Below, piece after piece: positions 6,280 to 14,162 of a stretch of 43,889 nt of DNA. Source of the stretch: a virus; the IMG/VR virus record IMGVR_UViG_3300006155_000030. One strand, given 5' to 3'. The stretch's first letter is position 1. Each line of letters begins with the position of its first letter. A program made the position numbers and the translations under genes. The notes under the pieces are model-generated. The model saw only the letters and a program-made list of their open reading frames with translations, ran no database searches and was not told the DNA's origin.

Positions 6280-6807
6280 TTATCTTTTCTTCTTTCCATA
6301 TCCACATTTAGGACAGGTTTTTCCGTCAACATACGCATTATTCACATGACCGCATTTAGGGCATTTATAACCGCCTTGCTCGGCGGTTCCGACCATTATA
6401 AAATCACCGTAATCTACATTAGGGTTATCATCCTCAATGCGGTATTCCGTTTCTACCCTCATTTGCTTCATAAATTCAAGCACATTTTTATCTGTATCAG
6501 TTATTCCAGCAGATGAAAGAATGCCTTTGATAGACTTTTTCAATTCGTCAAATTTACTATCTAACATTGTTCGGATTTCTTTTTCTCTGCGTGTGGTTTC
6601 GTCCATGAAATCCTCATAATCCTGCTTTGTACTGTTTCCACTGTTCAGGATAATATCGTCATACCACGGAAACTCCGCTGTCTTTGATTCAATAAAATGT
6701 GCCGACGCTTCTGTTCTGTCAAAAGCGTGTTCGATTAAATCAGATACGCTTTCATAACACTCGTTTACGTCCAAAACAAACATAGATACTTTATGCAATC
6801 TTGCCAT
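6280..6807 (-). CDS. hypothetical protein with C-terminal zinc ribbon
   Basis: Start at ATG 6807 (MARLHKVSMFVLD) with SD AAAGGGGTGGAAAAATG. The C-terminus is KCPKCGHVNNAYVDGKTCPKCGYGKKKR. Confidence 0.6.
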   Translation of the reverse strand: MARLHKVSMFVLDVNECYESVSDLIEHAFDRTEASAHFIESKTAEFPWYDDIILNSGNSTKQDYEDFMDETTRREKEIRTMLDSKFDELKKSIKGILSSAGITDTDKNVLEFMKQMRVETEYRIEDDNPNVDYGDFIMVGTAEQGGYKCPKCGHVNNAYVDGKTCPKCGYGKKKR

Positions 6808-6831
6808 TTTTCCACCCCTTTCCATACATCT

Positions 6832-6865
6832 ATTATCCCATAGATTAGAGTGGAATTTGTACCAT
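6832..6865 (-). promoter_or_regulatory. phage late-type promoter (TGGTACAA box + -10)
   Basis: Minus strand ATGGTACAAATTCCACTCTAATCTATGGGATAAT with the same geometry. Intergenic, upstream of 6280..6807. Confidence 0.6.
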
Positions 6866-7044
6866 TTTAGAAGAACACAAACTATCGTCTATATTCGGTT
6901 GTCAATGTTCAGTTAATCGCAAAAGGACAGAATCAATGTTCTGCCCTCCCACGTTGTAATAACGGCTCATGCCGAACATTTCCGATGTTTCACGGAAAAG
7001 ATACATTATTATTCAGTTAGTGCTGCTAGAAATAGCAGCTACTT

Positions 7045-7872
7045 TTAGCAGCTACCGCAGCCATTACAGCCGTTTCCCCAACCGCCGCCGTTGAACTGTC
7101 CGCAGCAGTTTGTCGGGAAAGTCACCTGCGCCGGGGGCTGCACGACATATGCCGGAATCGGGCAGTCGTTGCCAGTTCTGCGGATAATCTGCGCTGTGTT
7201 TGCGTCCATAGCTGCCATAAGGGTAGCGTTCTGTGCTGCCTGGCTTGCCTGAAGCTGTAACGCCTGAATCTGGGCAGCCTGCTCTGCGATTTTCTCATTC
7301 TTTGCGTCAATCTTCTCCTGGCACAAATAGTCAAGAATCGCCCTGGTGTTGCTGTTCTGGCTTTCCAGAATATCCCTGGTGCTGTTGTTCATCTGGTTAG
7401 TGATTGCACAGGTATTTGTCGCCATATTGTAATTTACGCCGTCAATCGCGCGCTGCGTCTGGCAGCAACAATCAGAAAGCTGGCTGGACAAGTTGCAGAA
7501 TCCACGCTCTACGCCGTTGAATCCCTGCATCATGCCCATCTGCGTGCTGTTAAATCCGCTGTTTACTGCGTTTGTCAGTGCGTATGTACTGTCGCAGATA
7601 CCCTGCTGAATAGCTGTAATTCCACTCTGCAGATTGTTGAGGGCGAGTCCCTCGTTGATGTCTGCTCTTGTTGCCAATCCCTGCAAACCTGCGCCGTTTG
7701 CTCCACCGCCGAAGCCACCGCCCCAGCCACCGAAGCCGCCCCAGCCGAACATACCGAAGATAAGGAAAAGGATAATCCATGCTCCCCAATCTCCGCCCCA
7801 GCCACCGTTGTTGTTATTCCCGGTTCCGGCCGGCTCTACATTCATAGTAATAGGTACTCCTGATTCCATCAT
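7045..7872 (-). CDS. Gly/Trp-rich membrane-anchored, Cys-rich protein
   Basis: 275 aa with SD AAAGGAGTAAGAAACATG. GGWGGDWGAWIILFLIFGMFGWGGFGGWGGGFGGG forms a TM-like segment. Then come a Q/N/A-rich helical region with scattered Cys (incl. CCC) and the C-terminus NCCGQFNGGGWGNGCNGCGSC. Confidence 0.65.
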   Translation of the reverse strand: MMESGVPITMNVEPAGTGNNNNGGWGGDWGAWIILFLIFGMFGWGGFGGWGGGFGGGANGAGLQGLATRADINEGLALNNLQSGITAIQQGICDSTYALTNAVNSGFNSTQMGMMQGFNGVERGFCNLSSQLSDCCCQTQRAIDGVNYNMATNTCAITNQMNNSTRDILESQNSNTRAILDYLCQEKIDAKNEKIAEQAAQIQALQLQASQAAQNATLMAAMDANTAQIIRRTGNDCPIPAYVVQPPAQVTFPTNCCGQFNGGGWGNGCNGCGSC

Positions 7873-7923
7873 GTTTCTTACTCCTTTAATATATTTACAA
7901 AATCATGGCCATTGATTTGTATG

Positions 7924-8148
7924 CTATTTAAAAAATCCTTTGAACATGCCCTGCATTTGCTGGGCTTGCTGTTGTGCTGCATTAAGCTGCTGCTGGCTTA
8001 CCTTGCCAGATTGGAGCAGCTTGTTTATTTCCTCATTTGGGTTTTTACCTTTCATTTCCTGCATAAAGCGTTGGAACTGCTGGAACATATTGCCGCCCTG
8101 CGCCTGTCCTCCGCTCATTGCTCCGAAAACTGGACTACTCATTAGCAT
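7924..8148 (-). CDS. small Gln-rich protein
   Basis: Start moved to ATG 8148 (MLMSSPVFGAMSGGQAQGG...) with SD AAGGGAGGAAATG. 74 aa, rich in Q/M/F. Confidence 0.5.
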   Translation of the reverse strand: MLMSSPVFGAMSGGQAQGGNMFQQFQRFMQEMKGKNPNEEINKLLQSGKVSQQQLNAAQQQAQQMQGMFKGFFK

Positions 8149-8674
8149 TTCCTCCCTTACTTCTTGCACCGCCGCTTGATTTCTCTGTTCTCTTGGCTGT
8201 ATCGCCACTGTTATCAGCGGCATGAAAATTGTTCAACCGCTCCAAAATCTCCATGTATTTGCCCTGCAAAGCGTCATATTCCTTCCGTGTGACGTATTTA
8301 TCATCTAAGTTGATTTGCTCATTCTGTGGGGATTGTGGAACGCCCTGCGGTGTGTTATGTGTGCGCTCTTTATAGTCAAATATTTGAAGTGGCAGCGGAA
8401 TACCTGAAGCGTCTGCCGACTTGATATAAAAAACGGGGTTCTCACTGTCCATCAGCAATACGGACTGTCTGGCTCCCACCATCCAGCTTTTGGCTGCTGC
8501 CTCCCCTTGCACATATGCCCATGTCTGATTTGTTTGCGGCGGCTGCACTTCCTGTTGCATCTGTGGTAACTGGTATTGCTGTGCCTGCAACTGTGCGAGC
8601 CTGTCCATTGGCGGCTGCACTTGCAGCTGATAAGTATACGGGTAAGGTTGGGAAAACTGGTTCGGGTAAGCCAT
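8135..8674 (-). CDS. Pro/Gln-rich N-terminus protein, unknown function
   Basis: 179 aa with SD GGAGGAATCAGAGCATG. The N-terminus is MAYPNQFSQPYPYTYQLQVQPP..QQYQLPQMQQEVQPPQ, followed by a globular region WAYVQGEAAAKSWMV..VLLMDSENPVFYIKSADASG. Confidence 0.6.
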   Translation of the reverse strand: MAYPNQFSQPYPYTYQLQVQPPMDRLAQLQAQQYQLPQMQQEVQPPQTNQTWAYVQGEAAAKSWMVGARQSVLLMDSENPVFYIKSADASGIPLPLQIFDYKERTHNTPQGVPQSPQNEQINLDDKYVTRKEYDALQGKYMEILERLNNFHAADNSGDTAKRTEKSSGGARSKGGNANE

Positions 8675-8796
8675 GCTCTGATTCCTCCATAGATTTCATA
8701 AGTTGTTCGGTCATAATGCCGTCACTTGCGCTTTTATAGTCGGGGCAGAAGTCCCATAAGTTGAATAGTATTCCTGTGTTCATGGTTATATTTTTG

Positions 8797-8834
8797 CATA
8801 AAAATAGAGGGCTTCCCATACTCGGAAAACCCTC
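8797..8834 (-). terminator. Rho-independent terminator
   Basis: Minus strand GAGGGTTTTCC-GAGTAT-GGGAAGCCCTC (11-bp stem including two G-U pairs) followed by TATTTTTAT, just after the stop of 8859..9119. Confidence 0.7.
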
Positions 8835-8858
8835 GTTTTTTCTTCTATTTTTATTCAA

Positions 8859-9119
8859 TTATTGTCCGTATTTTTCGCAATATTTTTTGAAATACACATC
8901 TCTCAATGGTAGGACTTTGATAATTTTGTCTGTAACAGATTTAGAAAGATCGCTGATTTTTGTCATACCATAACCCGTTTGTCCTGCAATTTCCTCAAGG
9001 CTCATACCGTCCCCCTCATTTCTTAAATCAAAGAACATAGATTCGTCCGGCGTAAAATTGCACTCATTTCTAAAAAGTTCCAATTCCCATTTAACAAAAC
9101 CTTCTACTTTCTTCTTCAT
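8859..9119 (-). CDS. small HTH protein (sigma-70 region-4-like), putative regulator
   Basis: 86 aa. MSLEEIAGQTGYGMTKISDLSKSVTDKI looks like a region-4/LuxR-type HTH. Followed by a strong terminator. Confidence 0.45.
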   Translation of the reverse strand: MKKKVEGFVKWELELFRNECNFTPDESMFFDLRNEGDGMSLEEIAGQTGYGMTKISDLSKSVTDKIIKVLPLRDVYFKKYCEKYGQ

Positions 9120-9142
9120 ACAGACACTACTTTCTCTTTTTC

Positions 9143-9412
9143 TTAGTTCCCTTGCTGCTTCCCTTCTTTTTCACCCGTGCTTTCTGCCCCATTGTATACG
9201 TCACCTCCGACTTCATGATTAAAGTAATTGTATCCTTCTCCGTCCTGCGACACATAATCGTAAGACTGGAATACATACAGCCATACCATATTAGTTCCAA
9301 CCAGCAGGACGATTAGCAAGATAATCACGATCCACATTATTTTAAGTTGCTTAACCAGTGCGCCTAATACGTCTGTGGCGCTGTTTTCTTTTACATTATC
9401 CCTATTTTCCAT
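9143..9412 (-). CDS. single-pass membrane protein
   Basis: Start at ATG 9412 (MENRDNVKENS...). TM segment IMWIVIILLIVLLVGTNMVWLYVF. Confidence 0.5.
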   Translation of the reverse strand: MENRDNVKENSATDVLGALVKQLKIMWIVIILLIVLLVGTNMVWLYVFQSYDYVSQDGEGYNYFNHEVGGDVYNGAESTGEKEGKQQGN

Positions 9413-9431
9413 AATCCATTTCCTTTCACCC

Positions 9432-9842
9432 TTATTTTGTATCCAAATATTCAGGAAGAACACCATCATTGAATGATTTTAAAATACTAAGCGGTATTCC
9501 TGAATGTTCGGATATTTCCTCTATCGTTCCTCGGCGGCGAACTCCGTCAATCACGCACTCCATCATTATTGGTTCTGTGTGAAAACGGTTTGGAATCCAA
9601 AAATATTCACGACCCGTTTCTTCTTTCCGCTGTCTTACCCAATCAGAAAAACACTCTTGACGCTCCCTGAATGTCATGTTTTCACAGTATTTGTCCCACG
9701 CTTGTTGATTTTCTCTCAAATATCTTTTTCCAAAGAAAATCCGTTCTCTGCTTTTCGGATTAATTACAGCATATAAACCGCCAATAAACAGACCTGGAAT
9801 CATCATAATTATAATTGATGTCAAAAATTGAATCATCCACAT
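9432..9842 (-). CDS. N-terminally membrane-anchored protein
   Basis: Start at ATG 9842 (MWMIQFLTSIIIMMIPGLFIGGLYAV) with SD GGAGGTATG. The track ORF starts at an upstream TTG. Confidence 0.5.
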   Translation of the reverse strand: MWMIQFLTSIIIMMIPGLFIGGLYAVINPKSRERIFFGKRYLRENQQAWDKYCENMTFRERQECFSDWVRQRKEETGREYFWIPNRFHTEPIMMECVIDGVRRRGTIEEISEHSGIPLSILKSFNDGVLPEYLDTK

Positions 9843-9893
9843 ACCTCCGCTCTGTATTTCCCTCATTATAGCAATTTTAGGGAGTGGTTGCAA

Positions 9894-10178
9894 TCAGTCT
9901 TTCGTATTTTCTCCGTCCAATATTTCTTCTGGTGTCCTGTCCTCAAATTCAGACCATCTAAATTCTTCTGTTGAAAAATCACCCTCAACAGAATCGTCAT
10001 AAACATTCACTTCTGAATTTTGATATAGTTTTTCGACTGCCTTTAATATCTTCTCTTTGCCAGACATAAATTCAAATTCTTCTGGATTTTCCTTTATATA
10101 ATTCAAAACTTTCTGACCGTCTTCATCGGACAAAGAACATGTATAATATGCAGTTGCAACTGCTTCTAATTTAAACAT
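9894..10178 (-). CDS. acidic small protein
   Basis: 94-aa ORF rich in D/E (..DDSVEGDFSTEEFRWSEFEDRTPEEILDGE). Tightly packed between its neighbours. Confidence 0.5.
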   Translation of the reverse strand: MFKLEAVATAYYTCSLSDEDGQKVLNYIKENPEEFEFMSGKEKILKAVEKLYQNSEVNVYDDSVEGDFSTEEFRWSEFEDRTPEEILDGENTKD

Positions 10179-10182
10179 TCAA

Positions 10183-10554
10183 TTATCCCCTCTCCCAAAA
10201 ATAAATAACTTTCCTGTCCGAACTATCCCAAGTATCGTAAAACATACCATCAACCACGGTTACAACATGTTCATTAACCCCTAAAACATATGTACCTCTT
10301 GTAAAATTACAGCAGAATTTATGTACATCCATAGGATAATCCGGCTCTACCCTCACAAATCCATTCCGTTTGAGATACTCTCCCCACACTGCATTGGAAG
10401 AATTGCACCCGTCTGCCATGTCAAAAGCTATATTTGACAAATCCCAGTATACTTCATCCCAGCTTCTCCCCGTAGCCTTGCAACACGCACGAATGGCGCA
10501 GTCGCCGACACGCCTATCCTTTGGATTGGGGTTGTATTTTATCCATCTATCCAT
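10183..10554 (-). CDS. putative papain-like cysteine peptidase-fold protein
   Basis: 123 aa. The early motif VGDCAIRA (candidate nucleophile Cys) and the late NEHVVTVVDG..YDTWDS (candidate His/Asp) are in the order seen in C39/papain-like folds. Inference only. Confidence 0.45.
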   Translation of the reverse strand: MDRWIKYNPNPKDRRVGDCAIRACCKATGRSWDEVYWDLSNIAFDMADGCNSSNAVWGEYLKRNGFVRVEPDYPMDVHKFCCNFTRGTYVLGVNEHVVTVVDGMFYDTWDSSDRKVIYFWERG

Positions 10555-10738
10555 TTTCTTCCTCGCTCCGATTACAAACAGTCACGGTATATTTCACACT
10601 GCAAAAGGGGAAAGTCATAATTCTAATACCATCCCTCACAGCGCAATAATGACTGCTATCTGTTATAACTAAATCATCACAATCAACACTGATTTGTGTT
10701 CCGTCATTGAAAAATACTTTTACGGTAAATTCTCGCAT
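10547..10738 (-). CDS. hypothetical protein (63 aa)
   Basis: First ORF after the late promoter at 10759-10792, with SD GGTAGGAGGTAGGGAAGATG. Confidence 0.5.
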   Translation of the reverse strand: MREFTVKVFFNDGTQISVDCDDLVITDSSHYCAVRDGIRIMTFPFCSVKYTVTVCNRSEEENG

Positions 10739-10758
10739 CTTCCCTACCTCCTACCACA

Positions 10759-10792
10759 ATTTTACAATAGATTCGGGCAGGGGTTGTACCAA
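10759..10792 (-). promoter_or_regulatory. phage late-type promoter (TGGTACAA box + -10)
   Basis: Minus strand TTGGTACAACCCCTGCCCGAATCTATTGTAAAAT with the same geometry. Intergenic. Confidence 0.6.
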
Positions 10793-10793
10793 T

Positions 10794-11033
10794 TTAATAA
10801 ACATACACATAAGACTGTTTTAACTCCATTATCTCAATCTCAATTTTAAATCTTCCATGCGGACAGTACGCATATTTCCCACATTCATCAGCAAGGCAGA
10901 GTGTTCCGTCCTCGTCTATATGAAATCCCTCCATATCGCAATACATGAGGCCTTTCGCCCATTCTTCTGTTAATGCGATATTGCTCATATCCGGCTCTTT
11001 ACCTGTGAGTATATCAATAACACTAAACCTCAT
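10794..11033 (-). CDS. hypothetical protein (79 aa)
   Basis: ORF overlapping the stop of the minor head gene by 4 nt. No recognisable motifs. Confidence 0.45.
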   Translation of the reverse strand: MRFSVIDILTGKEPDMSNIALTEEWAKGLMYCDMEGFHIDEDGTLCLADECGKYAYCPHGRFKIEIEIMELKQSYVYVY

Positions 11034-12295
11034 TCTTCCTTCTCCTTTTTATATCTCCTTGCCCCTGCATTACTCCGCTTTGTCTGCTCCCTGCCAAAAT
11101 CAGCTACCTTTATACGGTCATATTGCGGCTGTAAATCGTTGGTGGCGCAGAAATCGTTATACGCCTTGTTTTTCTGTGTCAGTTGGTACGCCATGCGATC
11201 ATATTCTTGTTGCAGCTTGCCAACGTCCATATCTTCACGGGGATTGTTTATCTGCTCCTGTTTCTCTATCAGCTTTCGCTTCCATGCCCGCAGGCTCCGC
11301 TCCATAGCACGCTGTTTCTGCTGAAGCTCATAGCGTTTTTTATTTTCCTCGCTGTCAATTTTCAGATTGCCTTTTTCGTCCACATAGGGATTGCGTAAGC
11401 GTGGATCCCATGGCTTATGTGAATGCCTGCAATTATACCCATGCAATCCAAGCGGATTGTCAACCTTGCCCTGCCCGGTCGTCGGGTCAATGTCATACCC
11501 TGTGGATTCCAACAGATTAGGATAGCCCGTCTCGCTCCCTCTTATCCGATAAGCCTTACCTTGCCAGTCAGCATGAGAAGCAAGCGGCGGCTGTCCTTTC
11601 TGCGCCACTCTCGCCCCCAAATGCGCCGATACAAGGACATACTCAATTCCACCCTCAACTATGTATTGATTCGTCACTTGCGCCGCTGTCTGGTTCATGC
11701 TCGTTACCACGCAGCACCGCACCGCCGCTTCCAGCGTCCGGCGTGTACCGCTCGGATAATCAACATATATCCCCCGTCCTGCATATATATCTAAAATATC
11801 ACACACCGCCGCTGAATAGCTTTGCACTCCTGCCGCCACTCTCAAATCAGCTTCATCAAGCATATTGATAAGATCAATCTGGCTTTGATTCATTGTAGTA
11901 CGTGTCAGATTAGCCAGTTCTCCTAAACTCTTTTTATATTCTGCATCCATAACACGTATCACAGCCGGATTTTTTAACGGAGATTTTACAACATTATTCC
12001 CCATCCACTGCACCATGGATTCCTTATCATCTTCCCATGATACCATAACAGCTTCTTGCAGTATTTTTTTTAGTTCATACCGTGTTAATCCGGTCAATTT
12101 CGATAGCTTATTTTCTATCGCCCGTCTACTTTCTCCCATCTGCTTTAATTTCCAGATAAGCCGGTCGGCGGTGGCGGTCATTTCCCCGGCGGATAGTAGG
12201 CGGCGGGTTATGTCTTTTAGGATAAAGTTTTCCAACTCTGAATATAGCTGTAAAAGCCTATCCTCACGATTTGTAAAGTAGTCCGGCGGTAACAT
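11030..12295 (-). CDS. minor head protein (Mu F / SPP1 gp7-like)
   Basis: 421 aa in the portal-proximal head module. The central region (..VDYPSGTRRTLEAAVRCCV.., ..GYNCRHSHKPW..) is typical of MuF-like head morphogenesis proteins as recalled. Confidence 0.7.
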   Translation of the reverse strand: MLPPDYFTNREDRLLQLYSELENFILKDITRRLLSAGEMTATADRLIWKLKQMGESRRAIENKLSKLTGLTRYELKKILQEAVMVSWEDDKESMVQWMGNNVVKSPLKNPAVIRVMDAEYKKSLGELANLTRTTMNQSQIDLINMLDEADLRVAAGVQSYSAAVCDILDIYAGRGIYVDYPSGTRRTLEAAVRCCVVTSMNQTAAQVTNQYIVEGGIEYVLVSAHLGARVAQKGQPPLASHADWQGKAYRIRGSETGYPNLLESTGYDIDPTTGQGKVDNPLGLHGYNCRHSHKPWDPRLRNPYVDEKGNLKIDSEENKKRYELQQKQRAMERSLRAWKRKLIEKQEQINNPREDMDVGKLQQEYDRMAYQLTQKNKAYNDFCATNDLQPQYDRIKVADFGREQTKRSNAGARRYKKEKEE

Positions 12296-12555
12296 TACGC
12301 CATCTCCCCATTTTCAATCAATACAGACTGCCCACAATGCCAGCAAAACACTTTATCGTCTTTTACTGTATTTGCCCGCTTCTTCCATGCTTCATTATGT
12401 GTTCCGCATCTCGGACAAGTAAATTCATGTTCTACTGCCATAGGAATATTGTTACTTGTAGCACTTTTTACAATGTCAAAAGCTCTAAGTATTCTTTCAG
12501 ATGGGCTTATCCCGATAAGCCTTTTTATTACTCCCAATGCTTCTAACTCTGTCAT
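12295..12555 (-). CDS. zinc-ribbon protein
   Basis: Start at ATG 12555 (MTELEALGV...) with SD GGAAAGGAGCAGGGGAATG. Contains CPRCG...CWHCG. Confidence 0.5.
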   Translation of the reverse strand: MTELEALGVIKRLIGISPSERILRAFDIVKSATSNNIPMAVEHEFTCPRCGTHNEAWKKRANTVKDDKVFCWHCGQSVLIENGEMA

Positions 12556-12697
12556 TCCCCTGCTCCTTTCCAGAAATATCTTCCACCGCTTCAAGAATGT
12601 TTTTAATCAACACATTCCAAGAATTTACTACCATGTTTGTACCGCGTATTAGCGGTTCAATAGTGTTGATGATGATTTCCATTTCCTCAATTATCAT
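12497..12697 (-). CDS. hypothetical protein (66 aa), overlapping next gene
   Basis: SD GGAAAGGAGTAGGGGAATG is nearly identical to that of the next gene. The ORF overlaps 12295..12555 by 59 nt in another frame. Confidence 0.35.
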   Translation of the reverse strand: MIIEEMEIIINTIEPLIRGTNMVVNSWNVLIKNILEAVEDISGKEQGNDRVRSIGSNKKAYRDKPI

Positions 12698-12733
12698 TCC
12701 CCTACTCCTTTCCTGCTGTCCTTTTGACTAAAT

Positions 12734-13450
12734 CTATCCAAATGCACGCTCCACGCCAAAATCAAAAACTGTAAGCTGCGCCCTATGCTCCTGCAGTCTT
12801 TTATTTGCCAAATCGTAATAATATCTGTCCTTTTCAAAGCCGACATAATCTATTCCGTATTCCTCATAGGCTATTAAGCTACTGGCAGAACCAACATGAG
12901 TATCAAGGACTTTCCAGCCTTTTTCTATGTATTTCTGTGCTATCCACCGATAGAGATTGACCGGCTTCTGCGTTGGGTGTATACGCTTCTCATTCAGTTT
13001 TTTATTACCTTGCTGAATATGCCCTTCCTCTATGGATTTTCCCTGCATCATGCCATTCCACATATACCTAAATAGCCGTACAGAATCGTGCATACTGCAG
13101 TAAGCAATCTCACAGTCTGAAAAACTGCTGTCGCCGTTGCATTTATCCCATACAATACGGCCAGAACCAAAAGGATAATCAAAGTAGTTGCATCCCCATA
13201 TAATCTGATGTTTTGAAACTCTGGACAGTTCTTCAAAATATGTTTTATCTGGAACACTCCACTCGTCAGACGGTTTATAATGTCTCTGTACTCCGATAGG
13301 GCTTACTGTCCGGCCATAATAATTTCGTTTTTCTGGCCCGCTAAAATACGGAGGATCAACCACCGCAATATCAAAATACTTGTCCGGGAACTGCGGCAAA
13401 TGTTCCATGCAATCCCCGCAAATAAAGCTGTTCATTTCAACCATATCCAT
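12734..13450 (-). CDS. DNA methyltransferase (beta-class N6-adenine or N4-cytosine)
   Basis: VVDPPYFSG (motif IV) precedes HPTQKP and LDTHVGSASS (motif I), which is the beta-class order. Start at ATG 13450 after SD AGGAAAAGGGG. Confidence 0.85.
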   Translation of the reverse strand: MDMVEMNSFICGDCMEHLPQFPDKYFDIAVVDPPYFSGPEKRNYYGRTVSPIGVQRHYKPSDEWSVPDKTYFEELSRVSKHQIIWGCNYFDYPFGSGRIVWDKCNGDSSFSDCEIAYCSMHDSVRLFRYMWNGMMQGKSIEEGHIQQGNKKLNEKRIHPTQKPVNLYRWIAQKYIEKGWKVLDTHVGSASSLIAYEEYGIDYVGFEKDRYYYDLANKRLQEHRAQLTVFDFGVERAFG

Positions 13451-13475
13451 ACCCCTTTTCCTAACCATTTATTAT

Positions 13476-13509
13476 ATTTTAGGGTATTTTTGTATGGCTG
13501 ATGTACCAT
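13476..13509 (-). promoter_or_regulatory. phage late-type promoter (variant box TGGTACAT + -10)
   Basis: Minus strand ATGGTACATCAGCCATACAAAAATACCCTAAAAT with the same 22-nt geometry. It lies between 13511..13963 and the methyltransferase. Confidence 0.55.
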
Positions 13510-13510
13510 T

Positions 13511-13963
13511 TTAATCTCTGCCAGCGGTCTGTTTAACAAGCCGTACCCATTCGTCTTTGTGCTGCTGCTTCGCCTTTTCAAACCAATGGTCGCCCCGCTC
13601 TGTTCCTTCTGGATGATATTTTAACTTTTCGCCCGTCGGGTGTTTGCTCGGAGGGGAATACCAGCCAGTAATATTTCCTTGACTGTCTTTAATCGGGATA
13701 TTGGGGCCGTACTTAATCCCTTGGTATAAATAATTCGCATACGGTACACCAACCGAAGCACCGCCCCATTGAATAGTGCCGCCGTATATTCCGTCCGGGT
13801 ATTCGACACTTCCAATAAGCGCGCCTTGCTGGAATGGTATCAGAGGGTCGCAGTCAGCTACCACTTGCATATTCAGAAGTTTCTGTGCCTCCCGAATATT
13901 GCGGTCAATCCTATCGGTATTCAGTTGTACATCAACATTCCCTATGTGCTGTCTGATTCTCAT
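13511..13963 (-). CDS. putative minor capsid/virion morphogenesis protein
   Basis: 150-aa ORF two genes after the portal. Assigned by position only, plus a vague resemblance to minor capsid proteins. Confidence 0.4.
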   Translation of the reverse strand: MRIRQHIGNVDVQLNTDRIDRNIREAQKLLNMQVVADCDPLIPFQQGALIGSVEYPDGIYGGTIQWGGASVGVPYANYLYQGIKYGPNIPIKDSQGNITGWYSPPSKHPTGEKLKYHPEGTERGDHWFEKAKQQHKDEWVRLVKQTAGRD

Positions 13964-13967
13964 AAAA

Positions 13968-14159
13968 CTACTCCTTGCACTCTATACAGTTTGTTTCAAT
14001 CTCCAAAAACTCCCCGTCCACAATTTCCCGTTGTGGCTTATTCAGAATTTTTTTGAAATCCATCAGAAACAATGCGACATCTATCTTGCTTGTTTCGCTA
14101 TCCATCAGCATTTCAATAGCTTTATCTATACTGAATGATATGTATTGTATAAGATTCAC
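13968..14159 (-). CDS. hypothetical protein (63 aa)
   Basis: ORF packed between the portal and 13511..13963. Confidence 0.4.
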   Translation of the reverse strand: MNLIQYISFSIDKAIEMLMDSETSKIDVALFLMDFKKILNKPQREIVDGEFLEIETNCIECKE

Positions 14160-14162
14160 TTC

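Noticed and set aside
8442-8858. 138-aa minus-strand ORF overlapping 8135..8674
   Set aside because: Its distal two-thirds is the alternative frame of the Gln-rich gene, where CAG repeats read as Ala/Ser. It starts inside or just after a terminator hairpin and has no SD. The SD-led 179-aa ORF is preferred.
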